From: Gemmatimonadota bacterium
Lineage (GTDB): Bacteria; Gemmatimonadota; Gemmatimonadetes; Palauibacterales; Palauibacteraceae
Length of the DNA stretch: 64,000 nucleotides
Direction: 5' to 3'
Assembly (NCBI GenBank): GCA_963666735.1
Contig: OY762926.1
Location: 704,001-768,000, forward strand
Made by a program: the position numbers and the translations under genes. Below are positions 18,181 through 27,662 of this stretch, in pieces. Positions within the stretch are counted from its first letter, which is position 1. Each line of letters starts with the position of its first letter. Under the pieces are notes generated by a model, which saw nothing but the letters and a program-made list of their open reading frames with translations, was not told where the DNA came from and did not search any database.

Positions 18181-19458
18181 TTAGAGCCGCGAAAGGACGT
18201 CGACGAGGTCGTGGGAAGGCTCGACGCGGCGGCCGGGAAAACCGGCCTGCAGCTCGGAGAGGCTCAAGTCGTCGAGGAAGACGTCCCCGTCGTTCAGTGC
18301 CTGCGCCGAAAAGAGGGCCACATCGAAGTCGCCCGCGTCGAGGAGAGCGCTCCGGTGATCCGCGCCCGGCAGCAGGCCGGCCGTCGTGACCGTCGGCCCG
18401 TACAGCGTGTTCTCGACCGCCACCGTCGACACTTCGGCGCCGGTGCGCCGCGCGATGCGGCCGGCGAGACGGGTCATCGTCGGGCCCATCGAGGCGCCCG
18501 TGACCGCAACGACCCTGCGCCCCTCCAGCGGGCGGAGCGCCCCCAGCTGGCCCGTCACGCGATCCGTCAGGGTGGAAATCGCTCCGACGCCGTTGCTCTC
18601 GAGTTCATGATCGTCGAAATACGCGGCGCCGGGTGGCTCGAGTCCCGCCTGCAGGTACATCTCGTCGGCGGCGTAGCACCACCCCTGTCCCCGCTCCGCG
18701 AGCGCCCGCTTCCGGATCGTTTCGATGGCGTCGAGCGCCGCGCGACATTCGCCCGGTTCAAGGGTGCGACCGCCCAGCGCCGCGTTCCACGACGTCAGGC
18801 CCACGGGTACGACGGAAAGCGACCGGATCGCGTTCCCGCGGCGATAGAGGTCGTCGATCGTTCGCGTCAGGTGTTCGCCGTCGTTCACCTCCGGACAGAG
18901 CACGACCTGCGCGTGCACCACGATGCGGCCCTCCGCCAGCCGGTCGAGATCCGGCTCGATATTCGCGCTCCGAGGGTTCTTCAGCATTTCGAGCCGGACG
19001 GCGGGGTCCGTCGAGTGGACGCTCACGTAGAGTGGAGACAGGCGCTGTTCGAATATGCGGTCCCAGTCATCCGGACGCAGGTTCGTCAGCGTGATGTAGT
19101 GGCCGTGAAGGAAGGACAGTCGATAGTCGTCATCCTTCACATACAGAGGCGCCCGAAGCTTGTCGAGTTTCGGGTTGCCCTTCACAAAGCAGAACGTGCA
19201 CGCGTTCGTACAGCGGCGGATCTTGTCGGGTTCCGGGACGATCCCGAGCGGTTCATCCGCGGGTTTCTCGATCTCGAACAGGAGCCGCTCGCCCGTCCGC
19301 TGCTCGGTGAGCACCCGGAGCGCCGGCTCCGCCTGATGGAAGAGAAGGTCGAGGCTGTCCCGAATGGGCTTGCCGTTGATCTCGAGCACGGCGAGGCCCG
19401 CCGGCAGTTCGAGGTCTGCGGCGATCGACCCCGGCTCGACGCTGGCGATTCGAATCAT
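18181..19458 (-). CDS. DUF512 domain protein (PDZ + radical-SAM-like CxxxCxxC)
   Basis: N-terminal PDZ-like 'VEPGSIAA', CTNACTFCF, LYVKDDDYRLSFL.G.Y.TLTN; adjacent to der as commonly seen. Confidence 0.85.
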   Translation of the reverse strand: MIRIASVEPGSIAADLELPAGLAVLEINGKPIRDSLDLLFHQAEPALRVLTEQRTGERLLFEIEKPADEPLGIVPEPDKIRRCTNACTFCFVKGNPKLDKLRAPLYVKDDDYRLSFLHGHYITLTNLRPDDWDRIFEQRLSPLYVSVHSTDPAVRLEMLKNPRSANIEPDLDRLAEGRIVVHAQVVLCPEVNDGEHLTRTIDDLYRRGNAIRSLSVVPVGLTSWNAALGGRTLEPGECRAALDAIETIRKRALAERGQGWCYAADEMYLQAGLEPPGAAYFDDHELESNGVGAISTLTDRVTGQLGALRPLEGRRVVAVTGASMGPTMTRLAGRIARRTGAEVSTVAVENTLYGPTVTTAGLLPGADHRSALLDAGDFDVALFSAQALNDGDVFLDDLSLSELQAGFPGRRVEPSHDLVDVLSRL

Positions 19459-19483
19459 GGTCTGGCGCGCGGGGCTACCGCGG

Positions 19484-19530
19484 GCGGGCCGCTCCGACTT
19501 CCCGGGAGCGGCCCGCGCCCGGGAAGTCGG
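19484..19530. repeat. Two interleaved perfect inverted repeats (12-bp and 13-bp stems)
   Basis: 19484-19495 GCGGGCCGCTCC pairs with 19505-19516; 19494-19506 CCGACTTCCCGGG pairs with 19518-19530. Confidence 0.8.
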
Positions 19531-20865
19531 TCAGCCTTCGATCGTCCCGTACCGGAATCCGGCCAAGGGTACGTCCGACTGGATCTCGAACGAAAAGCTG
19601 CCGGAGTCGGCCTCGAAGGCGTGCGTCTGCTCCGTGACGACCTGCCCGGCGGCATCGAGGAACTCGAAGGTGACCTGCAGCGTGCCGGCGGCCGTGCGGT
19701 TCGTGAAGGAGACCTGCACGATGTACCGGCCGTTCGCGGCCGCGGCCATCTGAGCGAACGTGACGGAGATGGGCAACTGCTGCTCCTCCCCCATGACCTC
19801 CATCGCCCGCTCGTTCATGTTGGCCCGGCCGAGCGCCTGGAAGTGCAACTGATGGGAGAGCGCATCGTAGGGATACCACTGGGTGAGCGAGTCCGCGAGC
19901 GCGAGGACGGGTCCGGGACGGCCCGATTGGATGGAAGCGTTGACGTAGTTCTCCCTCGCTTCCTTGTTGTAGGGGTTCCCCTGGCGCGCGTTCGCGAACG
20001 CGGTGGCCGCATCCTCGAAGTTCTGCGCGTTGTAGAACCCCACTCCGACCTCGAGCCATTGCTGGTAGCTCAGATCCGTGCGCTGGAGCGTCGTGGCGTA
20101 GATCGCCCCGGATTCCTCGGTCTGCCCCCGGTCGGCCAAAACTCCGGCATACCGGATCTGGATGACGACATCATCCGGATACATGGCGAGATAGTCGCTG
20201 TAGGTCTGGACGGCCTCATCGCCCCGGTCTTCCATCATCAGCATGTCGCCGAGGCCGCGAACGGTGCTCCGCAACGCCTCGGGGTCCGCGTCCGGAATAT
20301 CGGCGGCGAGCGCCGCCTGATACGTCTCGATGGCGCCTGCGTTGTCTCCCATCTGTGACTGCAGGAGCGCCGCGTTGCTGTACGTGCGGAGGTCGGGCTT
20401 GAAGTCGTTCGCAAGCATGAAGGCGTCGAGCGCGGCCTCGTTCTCGGACGCGCTGTACGCCGTCACGCCCTGGTTGTAGAGCCGGACCCAGCCGTTGTAG
20501 CGCTGCGCGTCACCGTGCATCAGGCACTCGGGAGACGCGGTTGCGTCGTAGCGGTCGAGAAACTCCACGGCATCCGGGAAACTGCCGAGGCCCATCTGGA
20601 TTTGAGCGCCAAGCAGGGCGACCACCGGATTGTTACTGTCCAGATCCGCCTCGAGCGCCTCCCACGCCTCCATGAAGATCGCGAGGCTGTCTGCGGCGGT
20701 TGCGGCTTCAGCGAGTTGCTGAATCGCTTCGGAAGCTGTGGCGGCCGCGCTGTTCGGCTCGAACTGGCATTCCTGTTCCTGCCCGACGAGTCCCGCGGAC
20801 GTGAAGATCGACGCCAGAGCCGCGGCGGTCGCCGTCCTCGCGCCAGTACGCACCATGTTCGACAT
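19531..20865 (-). CDS. Exported tetratricopeptide-repeat protein
   Basis: Signal-like N-terminus (MSNMVRTGARTATAAALAS...), TPR-like helices (YNQGV.AY, GVGFYNAQNFEDA), small beta-rich C-terminal domain. Confidence 0.75.
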   Translation of the reverse strand: MSNMVRTGARTATAAALASIFTSAGLVGQEQECQFEPNSAAATASEAIQQLAEAATAADSLAIFMEAWEALEADLDSNNPVVALLGAQIQMGLGSFPDAVEFLDRYDATASPECLMHGDAQRYNGWVRLYNQGVTAYSASENEAALDAFMLANDFKPDLRTYSNAALLQSQMGDNAGAIETYQAALAADIPDADPEALRSTVRGLGDMLMMEDRGDEAVQTYSDYLAMYPDDVVIQIRYAGVLADRGQTEESGAIYATTLQRTDLSYQQWLEVGVGFYNAQNFEDAATAFANARQGNPYNKEARENYVNASIQSGRPGPVLALADSLTQWYPYDALSHQLHFQALGRANMNERAMEVMGEEQQLPISVTFAQMAAAANGRYIVQVSFTNRTAAGTLQVTFEFLDAAGQVVTEQTHAFEADSGSFSFEIQSDVPLAGFRYGTIEG

Positions 20866-20972
20866 CGCTCTGAACCCCTGTTTCTGTTTAGAGTCGTAAA
20901 CCCCGTCAAGATAGCCGGAACGCTGCCCCGGCGCACGGAGACTCGGCGAAGAGTCTGCGCAGGAAAACCGGC

Positions 20973-22106
20973 CTAGTACGTGAGAAGGTGTGCGGTGTTG
21001 AAGAGGACGACCGTCTCGCCATCGCGCAGCTCTCCGGATCGCCGAAGTTCGCGTGCCCCGGCGAGTGTGGCTCCGCCCTCGATCGCGGCCCCCACGCCGG
21101 CCGCGCCCAGTTCGAGGGCCCCTTCCCTCATCGCCGCGTCGGAAACGGCGACTCCGCCTCCGCCCGATTCGCGGATGGCTTCGAGCATCAGGAAATCGCC
21201 GAGCGCCCCCGGGACCCGGAGTCCCCAGGCTTCGGTCGAGGCTTTCCGCCACGGCTCGGCGTACGTCTCGCCCGCCGCGTGCGCGCGCACGATGGGCGCG
21301 CAACCGGTGCCCTGCACGGCGTAGAGCCGCGTGTCGCCGTCGACCAACCCCAGTTCTCGCAGTTCCGCGAGCGTCTTCGCGCTGCCGATGAGTCCGGTGC
21401 CGCCGCCGGTGGGGTAGACGATGGCGTCGGGCGCCCGCCACCCGAGCGCTTCGACGATCTCCAGCATCATCGTCTTCTTCCCTTCGATCCGGTATGGCTC
21501 CTTGAGCGTGGAGATATTGAACGCTCCCGTGTCCGCCCCGTATTCGGCGGAGAGACGGCCGCATTCGTCGATGAGTCCGTCGACCCGGACGATGTCGGCG
21601 CCGTAGTGCTCGCAGCGCCGGGCGACGCCTTCCGGCGTGTCCTCGGGGATGAACAGCCTGCAGGGTACCCCCGCGCGCGCCGCGTACGCCGCGAGGGCGG
21701 CTCCGGCGTTCCCGGCGCTCGGGATGACGAGGTCCGTCGCCCCCTCGTGCACCGCCCGCGTGACGGCGGCGCACAGGCCTCGGTCCTTGAAGCTCCCGGT
21801 GGGATTGAGGCCCTCGTCCTTGACGAGGAGCGTGAGGCCCTCGAAGTCTCCTCCGATCTCGATCTCGAGCAGGGGCGTGCCGCCCTCCCCCAGCGTCACC
21901 GGGGCCTCGTCCGGCTCGACCGGCATGATCTCCCGGAAGCGCCACATCCCGCCCTGGCGTCCGGCCCACGCCCGCCGCAGCGCTTCGCCGTCCAGGGCGC
22001 CGAGGTCGTACCGGGCCAGCAGAGGCTTCCCGCAGTCCGGGCACACGGTGGCCAGCCCGCGCGCGACGGTCCGCCCGCAGAGACCGCATTCGAGACGCCA
22101 ACTCAT
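20973..22106 (-). CDS. thrC: Threonine synthase (PLP-dependent, N-terminal Zn-ribbon)
   Basis: TLGEGGTPL, KDEGLNPTGSFKDRG, PSAGNAG, EGKKTM, PTGGG. ATGA overlap. Confidence 0.85.
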   Translation of the reverse strand: MSWRLECGLCGRTVARGLATVCPDCGKPLLARYDLGALDGEALRRAWAGRQGGMWRFREIMPVEPDEAPVTLGEGGTPLLEIEIGGDFEGLTLLVKDEGLNPTGSFKDRGLCAAVTRAVHEGATDLVIPSAGNAGAALAAYAARAGVPCRLFIPEDTPEGVARRCEHYGADIVRVDGLIDECGRLSAEYGADTGAFNISTLKEPYRIEGKKTMMLEIVEALGWRAPDAIVYPTGGGTGLIGSAKTLAELRELGLVDGDTRLYAVQGTGCAPIVRAHAAGETYAEPWRKASTEAWGLRVPGALGDFLMLEAIRESGGGGVAVSDAAMREGALELGAAGVGAAIEGGATLAGARELRRSGELRDGETVVLFNTAHLLTY

Positions 22107-23572
22107 ACGCTTCGCTCCTCTACCATCGCTTCCATCGCCGCCGCGAGCCGCGCGAGGGTGCGCTCTCGTCCGAGCGCGTAGGCGACCTCGCCGAGGTCGG
22201 GACCGTGAAGCTGCCCGGTCAGGGCGACCCGAACGGGCGGAAAGAAGGCACGCCCCGCAAGCCCGGCGTCGCCCATCGCTCCGCGAAGCGCCCGGGCGAG
22301 GGGTTCGGGTCGCCAGTCCGTGTCCGCCCACGCCGCGCGGGCAAAGTGGATCGCGGTCCGGGCCGCGGGGACGGAGAGCAACTCCCGCGCGGCGGATCCG
22401 CCGGTCTCCGGCGCGCGGTAGATCGGCTCGACTTCGGACGTGACGTCGGAGAGGAGCCGCGTGCGCTTCGCGAACACCTCCGCCGCGCGGCGAAGATCGG
22501 CGTCGTTCAGCCCCAGCTCCTCCGCATCGAGCCGCGTCGCCCAGTCGCGGGCCAGCCGCTCGGCCGGTTCCGCCCGCAGGTGCCGTCCGGAAAGCCAGGC
22601 CATCTTCTCCTCATCGACCTCCGTATCGGCCGCTCCCAGCCGTTCGAGGTCGATGCTCTCCACGAGCGCCTCCCGGCTCAGGAACTCCTCGCCGTCCTCC
22701 GCCGACCACGAGAGGAGCGACAGGTAGTTGAGCACGGCGTCCGGATGGAACCCACGCTCCCGGTAGTCGAGGATCCCGGTCGCCCCCCGTCGCTTGGAGA
22801 GCTTCCCTCCCCCCGGGGCGAGGACGGTCGGGATGTGCACGAACTCCGGCGGCCGGACCCCGAATGCCCGGTACAGGAGAACCTGCTTGGGTGTGTTCGA
22901 AAGATGGCCCACGCCCCGGATCACATGGCTGATCTCCATCTCGATGTCGTCCACCGCGACCGCGAAGTTGTATGTGGGCCGGCCGTCGCTCCGCACGAGG
23001 ACGAGGTCCCCCAGGTCGTCGCCGTCGATCGAAAGCGTGCCCTTCAGGAGATCGGTGAATTCGACGGGCCCGGATTCCACACGAAGCCGGATGGCGGCTT
23101 CGCGTCCCTCCGCCTCACCGGGGTGCGCCCGCTCGGCGGGAAGGTTGCGGCAGAGCGCATCGCGGCCGGTGGGCTCCCCCGCGGCGATCGCCGCCTGCCG
23201 CCTCGCCTCGAGTTCGTCCGGCCGGCAGTAGCAGCGGAAGGCTCTCCCCGACTCCAGCAACACCGCCGCACGGGCCCGATGCCGCTCGGCGCGCGCCAAC
23301 TGGCGGTACGGCGGGAACGCCCCCCCCTCCCGCGGTCCCTCGTCCGGGGCGATGCCGAGCCAGTCCAGCGCCTCGTAGATCATCTCCTCTCCCCCCGGGA
23401 CCGCGCGCTCCGTGTCCGTATCCTCGAGGCGGAGCACGAAGGCGCCGCCGTGTCGCCGGGCGAAGAGCCAATTCAGGATCGCCGTGCGCGCGTTGCCCAG
23501 GTGGAGGGCCCCGGTCGGGCTCGGGGCGAAGCGGGTACGGACCCGCGCGGCGGAAGCGGCCGGAGAGGTCAT
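22103..23572 (-). CDS. gltX: Glutamate--tRNA ligase
   Basis: RFAPSPTG.LHLGN, R.EDTD and KLSKR motifs; anticodon domain present. Confidence 0.93.
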   Translation of the reverse strand: MTSPAASAARVRTRFAPSPTGALHLGNARTAILNWLFARRHGGAFVLRLEDTDTERAVPGGEEMIYEALDWLGIAPDEGPREGGAFPPYRQLARAERHRARAAVLLESGRAFRCYCRPDELEARRQAAIAAGEPTGRDALCRNLPAERAHPGEAEGREAAIRLRVESGPVEFTDLLKGTLSIDGDDLGDLVLVRSDGRPTYNFAVAVDDIEMEISHVIRGVGHLSNTPKQVLLYRAFGVRPPEFVHIPTVLAPGGGKLSKRRGATGILDYRERGFHPDAVLNYLSLLSWSAEDGEEFLSREALVESIDLERLGAADTEVDEEKMAWLSGRHLRAEPAERLARDWATRLDAEELGLNDADLRRAAEVFAKRTRLLSDVTSEVEPIYRAPETGGSAARELLSVPAARTAIHFARAAWADTDWRPEPLARALRGAMGDAGLAGRAFFPPVRVALTGQLHGPDLGEVAYALGRERTLARLAAAMEAMVEERSV

Positions 23573-23757
23573 GGAGCCTCTTCCTCCACCCGGAAGCCGG
23601 CGCAACGCAGGACCGGCAGAGTTGGATAGCGCCGAAAGCGTGCGTCCCGGCGTGAGAGCCGGCACAGGAGGAAGGCGGACCCGCGGTCGCTCCTCACCCA
23701 GCGGCGGTGACGGCAGCGCGCGCACAGACCCGCGGAGGGAGTTCCGCCACGGCTCAT
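23569..23757 (-). CDS. Small Cys-rich hypothetical protein (62 aa, putative metal binder)
   Basis: ATGA overlaps on both sides (uvrC stop, gltX start) and fills the gap exactly; GLCARCRH...LC...YP.LPV..C pattern. Confidence 0.75.
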   Translation of the reverse strand: MSRGGTPSAGLCARCRHRRWVRSDRGSAFLLCRLSRRDARFRRYPTLPVLRCAGFRVEEEAP

Positions 23758-25658
23758 GAGACGGCTCCCCGGGCCGGATCCTCTTCGTGGAGCGCGGCGA
23801 GGATCGACGTGGCGGTCGCGTGGCCGATCCCCGGCGTGCGGGCAAGCTGCGCGGGCGTGGCCCGCCGGATGAGGTCGAGGCTGCCGAACCGCTCCAGCAG
23901 GCGCTGCTCGCGCTCCGGTCCCACCCCCGGGATCTCGCTCAGCCTCGACCTGAGGGCGCGGCGGCGGCGCAGCGTCCGGTTGTATCTGAGCGCGAACCGA
24001 TGGGCCTCATCGCGCGCCCGCTGCAGCCAGTGCAAGCCCGGGTCCGTGCGCGGAAGCCGCAGCGGGATCGTGGTCCCGGGTCGGAATACCTCCTCTTCGC
24101 GCTTCGCGAGGGCCACCGTGGGCAGGTCCGAAACCCCGGCGCCATCCATGGCCTGGCGCGCGGCCGAAAGCTGTCCCCTGCCGCCGTCCACGACCACGAG
24201 ATCCGGCAGCGCGCCTCCCTCCCGGACGCGACGGTCGAAGTAGCGCGAGACGATCTCCTGCATCATGGCGTAGTCATCCGTTCGACCCTCCTCCGAATCC
24301 CGGATTCGGAACCTGCGGTATTCATCCTTGTGCGGCCGTCCGTCCCGGAGCCACACGCAACTCCCGACCGACTCCCGGCCCGCGAGCGTCGACACGTCGA
24401 AGCAGACGAGGTCCCGCGCGGGCGCGTCCAGCGCGAGCGCTTCGGCGAGGCGCACTCCGGCGGGCGAGGGGCCCGACGCTTCGACATCGGACTCCGCCTC
24501 GTCCCCCCGCTCCAGTCGGTCCCGCTCCAGCACGTGCGCCGCGTTTCGGCTCGCGGCCCGCGTCAGTTCCAGCTTCGGGCCGCGCGCCGGCACCCGGATG
24601 CGAAAGCGGTGGTTGGCGACGCCCGAAAGGTACTCTTCCACGAGATCCCGCTCGTCGAACGGCTCCGGAACGAGCAGTTCCGAGGGCACATCGTCCGGCT
24701 GGCGCAGATAGTACCCCTTCACGAGGGCCCCGAGCACGGCTTCGTCCGGTTCCTCCCCGACGTTCGCGAGATAGTGGATCCGGCGACCGACGAGCCTCCC
24801 CTCCCGCACCCTCAGCACGATGCCGCACACCGTCCCGCCCGCCGGCTGGCGCGCGAACCCGATCACATCGTGGCTCCCGCCCCGGGGATCGATCGCGGCC
24901 TGCCGACTCTCCAGTTGATCGAGGCCGCGCAGGACATCCCTCAACTCCGCCGCCCGTTCGTAGTCCAGCGCCTCGGCGGCCTCGGCCATCCGGCGCTCCA
25001 CCGAGCGTCTGACTGCCCCCGTCCGCCCTCCCAGAATCTCGAGGATTTCGTCGATCATCGTCCGATAGTCCGCTTCGGACTGGAGGCCCGCGCACGGCGC
25101 CTTGCACCGGCCGATGTGATAGTCGAGACAGGGCCGCGGCGGAAGCTCCGCCGGCATCCGGTAATGGCACGACCGCACGGTGTACATCTTCTTGATCGTG
25201 CGCAGGGCCCGGCGCATCGCCCCGACATCGGTGAAGGGGCCCAGGTACCGCGCGCCGTCATCCTTCAGTCGGCGCGTCACGAAGATACGCGGGAAGGGCT
25301 CCGGGGTCGTGACCTTGATGTACGGATAGCTCTTGTCGTCGCGGAGCTGGATGTTGAAGCGCGGACCGAACTCGCGGATGAGATTCCACTCGAGGAGGAG
25401 GGCTTCGGCTTCCGAACGCACCGGGAAGGTCTCGATGCTGTCGATCTCCCGCACGAGGCGGACGAGCTTCACGGACCGGCTCGCCTCGGCGCCGAAATAG
25501 GAGGCGACGCGCGACCGGAGCGATTTCGCCTTTCCCACGTAAAGGACTTCCCCCCCGGCATCGCGAAACAGGTACACGCCCGGCTCGTGGTCCAGCCCCC
25601 GCGCCTGCTCGCGAAGCGCTGCGGGATCCGTCCGCCGCAGTCCTCGCTCCCCGCTCAT
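23754..25658 (-). CDS. uvrC: Excinuclease ABC subunit C
   Basis: GIY-YIG (PGVYLF...YVGKAKSLR.R), UVR domain, RNase H-like DGG.GQ, RDEAHRFA, C-terminal HhH. Confidence 0.96.
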   Translation of the reverse strand: MSGERGLRRTDPAALREQARGLDHEPGVYLFRDAGGEVLYVGKAKSLRSRVASYFGAEASRSVKLVRLVREIDSIETFPVRSEAEALLLEWNLIREFGPRFNIQLRDDKSYPYIKVTTPEPFPRIFVTRRLKDDGARYLGPFTDVGAMRRALRTIKKMYTVRSCHYRMPAELPPRPCLDYHIGRCKAPCAGLQSEADYRTMIDEILEILGGRTGAVRRSVERRMAEAAEALDYERAAELRDVLRGLDQLESRQAAIDPRGGSHDVIGFARQPAGGTVCGIVLRVREGRLVGRRIHYLANVGEEPDEAVLGALVKGYYLRQPDDVPSELLVPEPFDERDLVEEYLSGVANHRFRIRVPARGPKLELTRAASRNAAHVLERDRLERGDEAESDVEASGPSPAGVRLAEALALDAPARDLVCFDVSTLAGRESVGSCVWLRDGRPHKDEYRRFRIRDSEEGRTDDYAMMQEIVSRYFDRRVREGGALPDLVVVDGGRGQLSAARQAMDGAGVSDLPTVALAKREEEVFRPGTTIPLRLPRTDPGLHWLQRARDEAHRFALRYNRTLRRRRALRSRLSEIPGVGPEREQRLLERFGSLDLIRRATPAQLARTPGIGHATATSILAALHEEDPARGAVS

Positions 25659-27232
25659 CCTCTCCCCTCCGGCGGCGGTGGTGCCCCGACGGTGCGGAGC
25701 CCCGTCGGGAGGCCCGCGCAGGCGGCATAGCAGAGCCCGCCGGCGATGAGGGCGGCCGCGAGGAGGGCGGCGTCGCCGAGGAATCCGTCCGGCAGACGGC
25801 CACCGAGCAGCAGGCGAATCACGTAGAAGGCGATGCTCGCGAGGCCGGCGCCGACCGCCATGCGGGCGAGCGAACGCCGGACGGGGAGGAACCAACCTCC
25901 CGCCCCCCGCCGCATCAGCCCGCGCATGAGGAGGACGAGATTGACCCAGGCCCCGACCGAGCTGCCGAAGACGAGGCCGGCCGCCGCGCGCAGCCCGAAC
26001 CCGAGGTTCTCCATCCACAGCGCGGTCCCGGCCCCGATCAGGATGCCGGTCCCCACCCCGGCCATGGCGTATTTCACCGGTGTCCGCGTGTCCTGGAGGG
26101 CGTGGAACGCGCTCGCGAACAGCTTCGTGAGGCCCGTCGCGATGAGTCCCAGCGCGTAGGCGCCCAGACCCCACTGCACGACCGGTACGTGTTCGGCCTC
26201 GAAGGCCCCCCGCTCGTAAATGAGCGAGGTCACGAGGTCCCCGAGCAGGAGGAGCACGGCGACCGACGGGAGAATGAAGTAGGCGACGCGCCGCACGCCG
26301 GTGGAAAGATGGGACCGCAGGGCTTCGACCCCCTTATCGCGGGACATCTCCGGCAGCGCGGCTACGGCCACGGAGGCGCCGAACAGGGCCATCGGCACCA
26401 TTGCGATGCGCTGGGCGAAGTAGATTCCCGTGAGCGCGCCCTCGGCGAGGAGACTTGCGACGAACACATCGGTCAGGCTCGAAAGCTGGAAGATCCCCTG
26501 CCCCGCCGCGACCGGCATGGCGTTGCGCGCTACGCGGCGCGTGGGCTCGAAGCGGAAATCGATCCGGGGCCGGAGTGTCCCGAGAAGGCCGTACACGGCG
26601 GGAAGCTGGACCGCAACCTGCAGCACGCTTCCAACGAGGGTGGACCAGGTGAGCACGACGATGAGCGGCGCCCAACCCATCCGCGCCCCGGCCAGGAGGC
26701 CGGCGATCTGGGACAGGTTCCAGACCACGGGCGCGGCGAAGGGGAGGAGGAAACGGCGGTGGCTCGTCAGGATCCCGAGGCACCACGCACCAACGATCAT
26801 CACCCCGGACATGGGGAAGAGGATGCGGACCAGGCGCGTCGTAAGCTCGCTCAACTCCGCGTCGTAGCCCGGCGCGAGGATCCCGAGGAGCCAGGGAGCG
26901 GCGGCGACGACCGCGGCCACGACGAGGGCCGAGAGGAGGAGGAGGCCGCCCAGCACGCCCTGCGCGAGCCTCCGCGCCCCGGCGGTGTCGCCCCGTTCCA
27001 TCAACGAGGAAAAGACCGGCACGAAGGAGGCCGAGAGTGCGCCTTCGCTCAGGAGGTTGCGAAAGGCGTTCGGGATCTTCAGCGCGGCCGCGTAGGCGTC
27101 CGTGACCGGCCCGACCCCGAAGGTGGCGGCGATGATGACATCTCTCAGAAACCCGGTGATGCGGCTGGCCAGAATGCCGGCGGCGACGCGCGTCGCCGAA
27201 CGGCCCTGCCCCGGCGCCTTCCCCTCGGTCAG
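25655..27232 (-). CDS. murJ: Lipid II flippase MurJ; probable CTG start
   Basis: The conserved N-terminus SRITGFLRD...DAY..A.KIPN.FRNLLSEGALSASFVP lies upstream of the first ATG/GTG/TTG (27022). An in-frame CTG at 27232 sits 7 nt after GGGGAG. Confidence 0.92.
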   Translation of the reverse strand: MTEGKAPGQGRSATRVAAGILASRITGFLRDVIIAATFGVGPVTDAYAAALKIPNAFRNLLSEGALSASFVPVFSSLMERGDTAGARRLAQGVLGGLLLLSALVVAAVVAAAPWLLGILAPGYDAELSELTTRLVRILFPMSGVMIVGAWCLGILTSHRRFLLPFAAPVVWNLSQIAGLLAGARMGWAPLIVVLTWSTLVGSVLQVAVQLPAVYGLLGTLRPRIDFRFEPTRRVARNAMPVAAGQGIFQLSSLTDVFVASLLAEGALTGIYFAQRIAMVPMALFGASVAVAALPEMSRDKGVEALRSHLSTGVRRVAYFILPSVAVLLLLGDLVTSLIYERGAFEAEHVPVVQWGLGAYALGLIATGLTKLFASAFHALQDTRTPVKYAMAGVGTGILIGAGTALWMENLGFGLRAAAGLVFGSSVGAWVNLVLLMRGLMRRGAGGWFLPVRRSLARMAVGAGLASIAFYVIRLLLGGRLPDGFLGDAALLAAALIAGGLCYAACAGLPTGLRTVGAPPPPEGRG

Positions 27233-27233
27233 G

Positions 27234-27533
27234 TCAACGCTCCCCGTTGTTTCCGGCCGGCCGCCGCGCCTCCCCGCCGGGGAGGGCCGGGAGCGCTTCG
27301 TCTCCCTCCACGAGCGCGCGCACGAAGGCGGTCTCCTCGCGGATGCCCTCGACCGTCTGCGTCAGGTACTGGACTTCCTGCTCCAGCGCGTCGATGCGCG
27401 CGGACTGGTTCGTTCCGGAGTCTCCGTTCCCGATCCGGCGCGCGAGGGCTTCGGAGAGGGGAGAGTCGATCACGATGGCGAGCACGGGAATGAGGACGAT
27501 AAGCCCGAGGACGACCATGAAGGCGAAGGTCAT
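27234..27533 (-). CDS. Small membrane protein with coiled coil (hypothetical)
   Basis: N-terminal TM helix, DSP...ALARRI, coiled coil; compact ATG ORF between bshC and murJ. Confidence 0.65.
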   Translation of the reverse strand: MTFAFMVVLGLIVLIPVLAIVIDSPLSEALARRIGNGDSGTNQSARIDALEQEVQYLTQTVEGIREETAFVRALVEGDEALPALPGGEARRPAGNNGER

Positions 27534-27592
27534 CTCGGATCTCCCGTGCCGCTCATTGTCGCGCCCTCCGTGGAAGAACGTCCGCTCGCGGT

Positions 27593-27634
27593 GTGCCCGC
27601 CGATGTGCCCGCCGGCGTGCCCATCGCGTGCTCC
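27593..27634. repeat. Short degenerate tandem repeat (GTGCCC unit, 11-12 nt period)
   Basis: GTGCCCGCCGAT GTGCCCGCCGGC GTGCCCATCGC GTGCTCC in an intergenic region. Confidence 0.55.
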
Positions 27635-27662
27635 GGGACGATGTACCCGCGAACGCCGCAAG

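Noticed and set aside
19531..26174. Long N-terminal extensions in the ORF track (TPR protein 856 aa, thrC, gltX, uvrC; also lysS, hutH, hutU)
   Set aside because: The extensions run through upstream genes in another frame. True starts lie at stop/start overlaps or just before the conserved domains, so these are not fusions.
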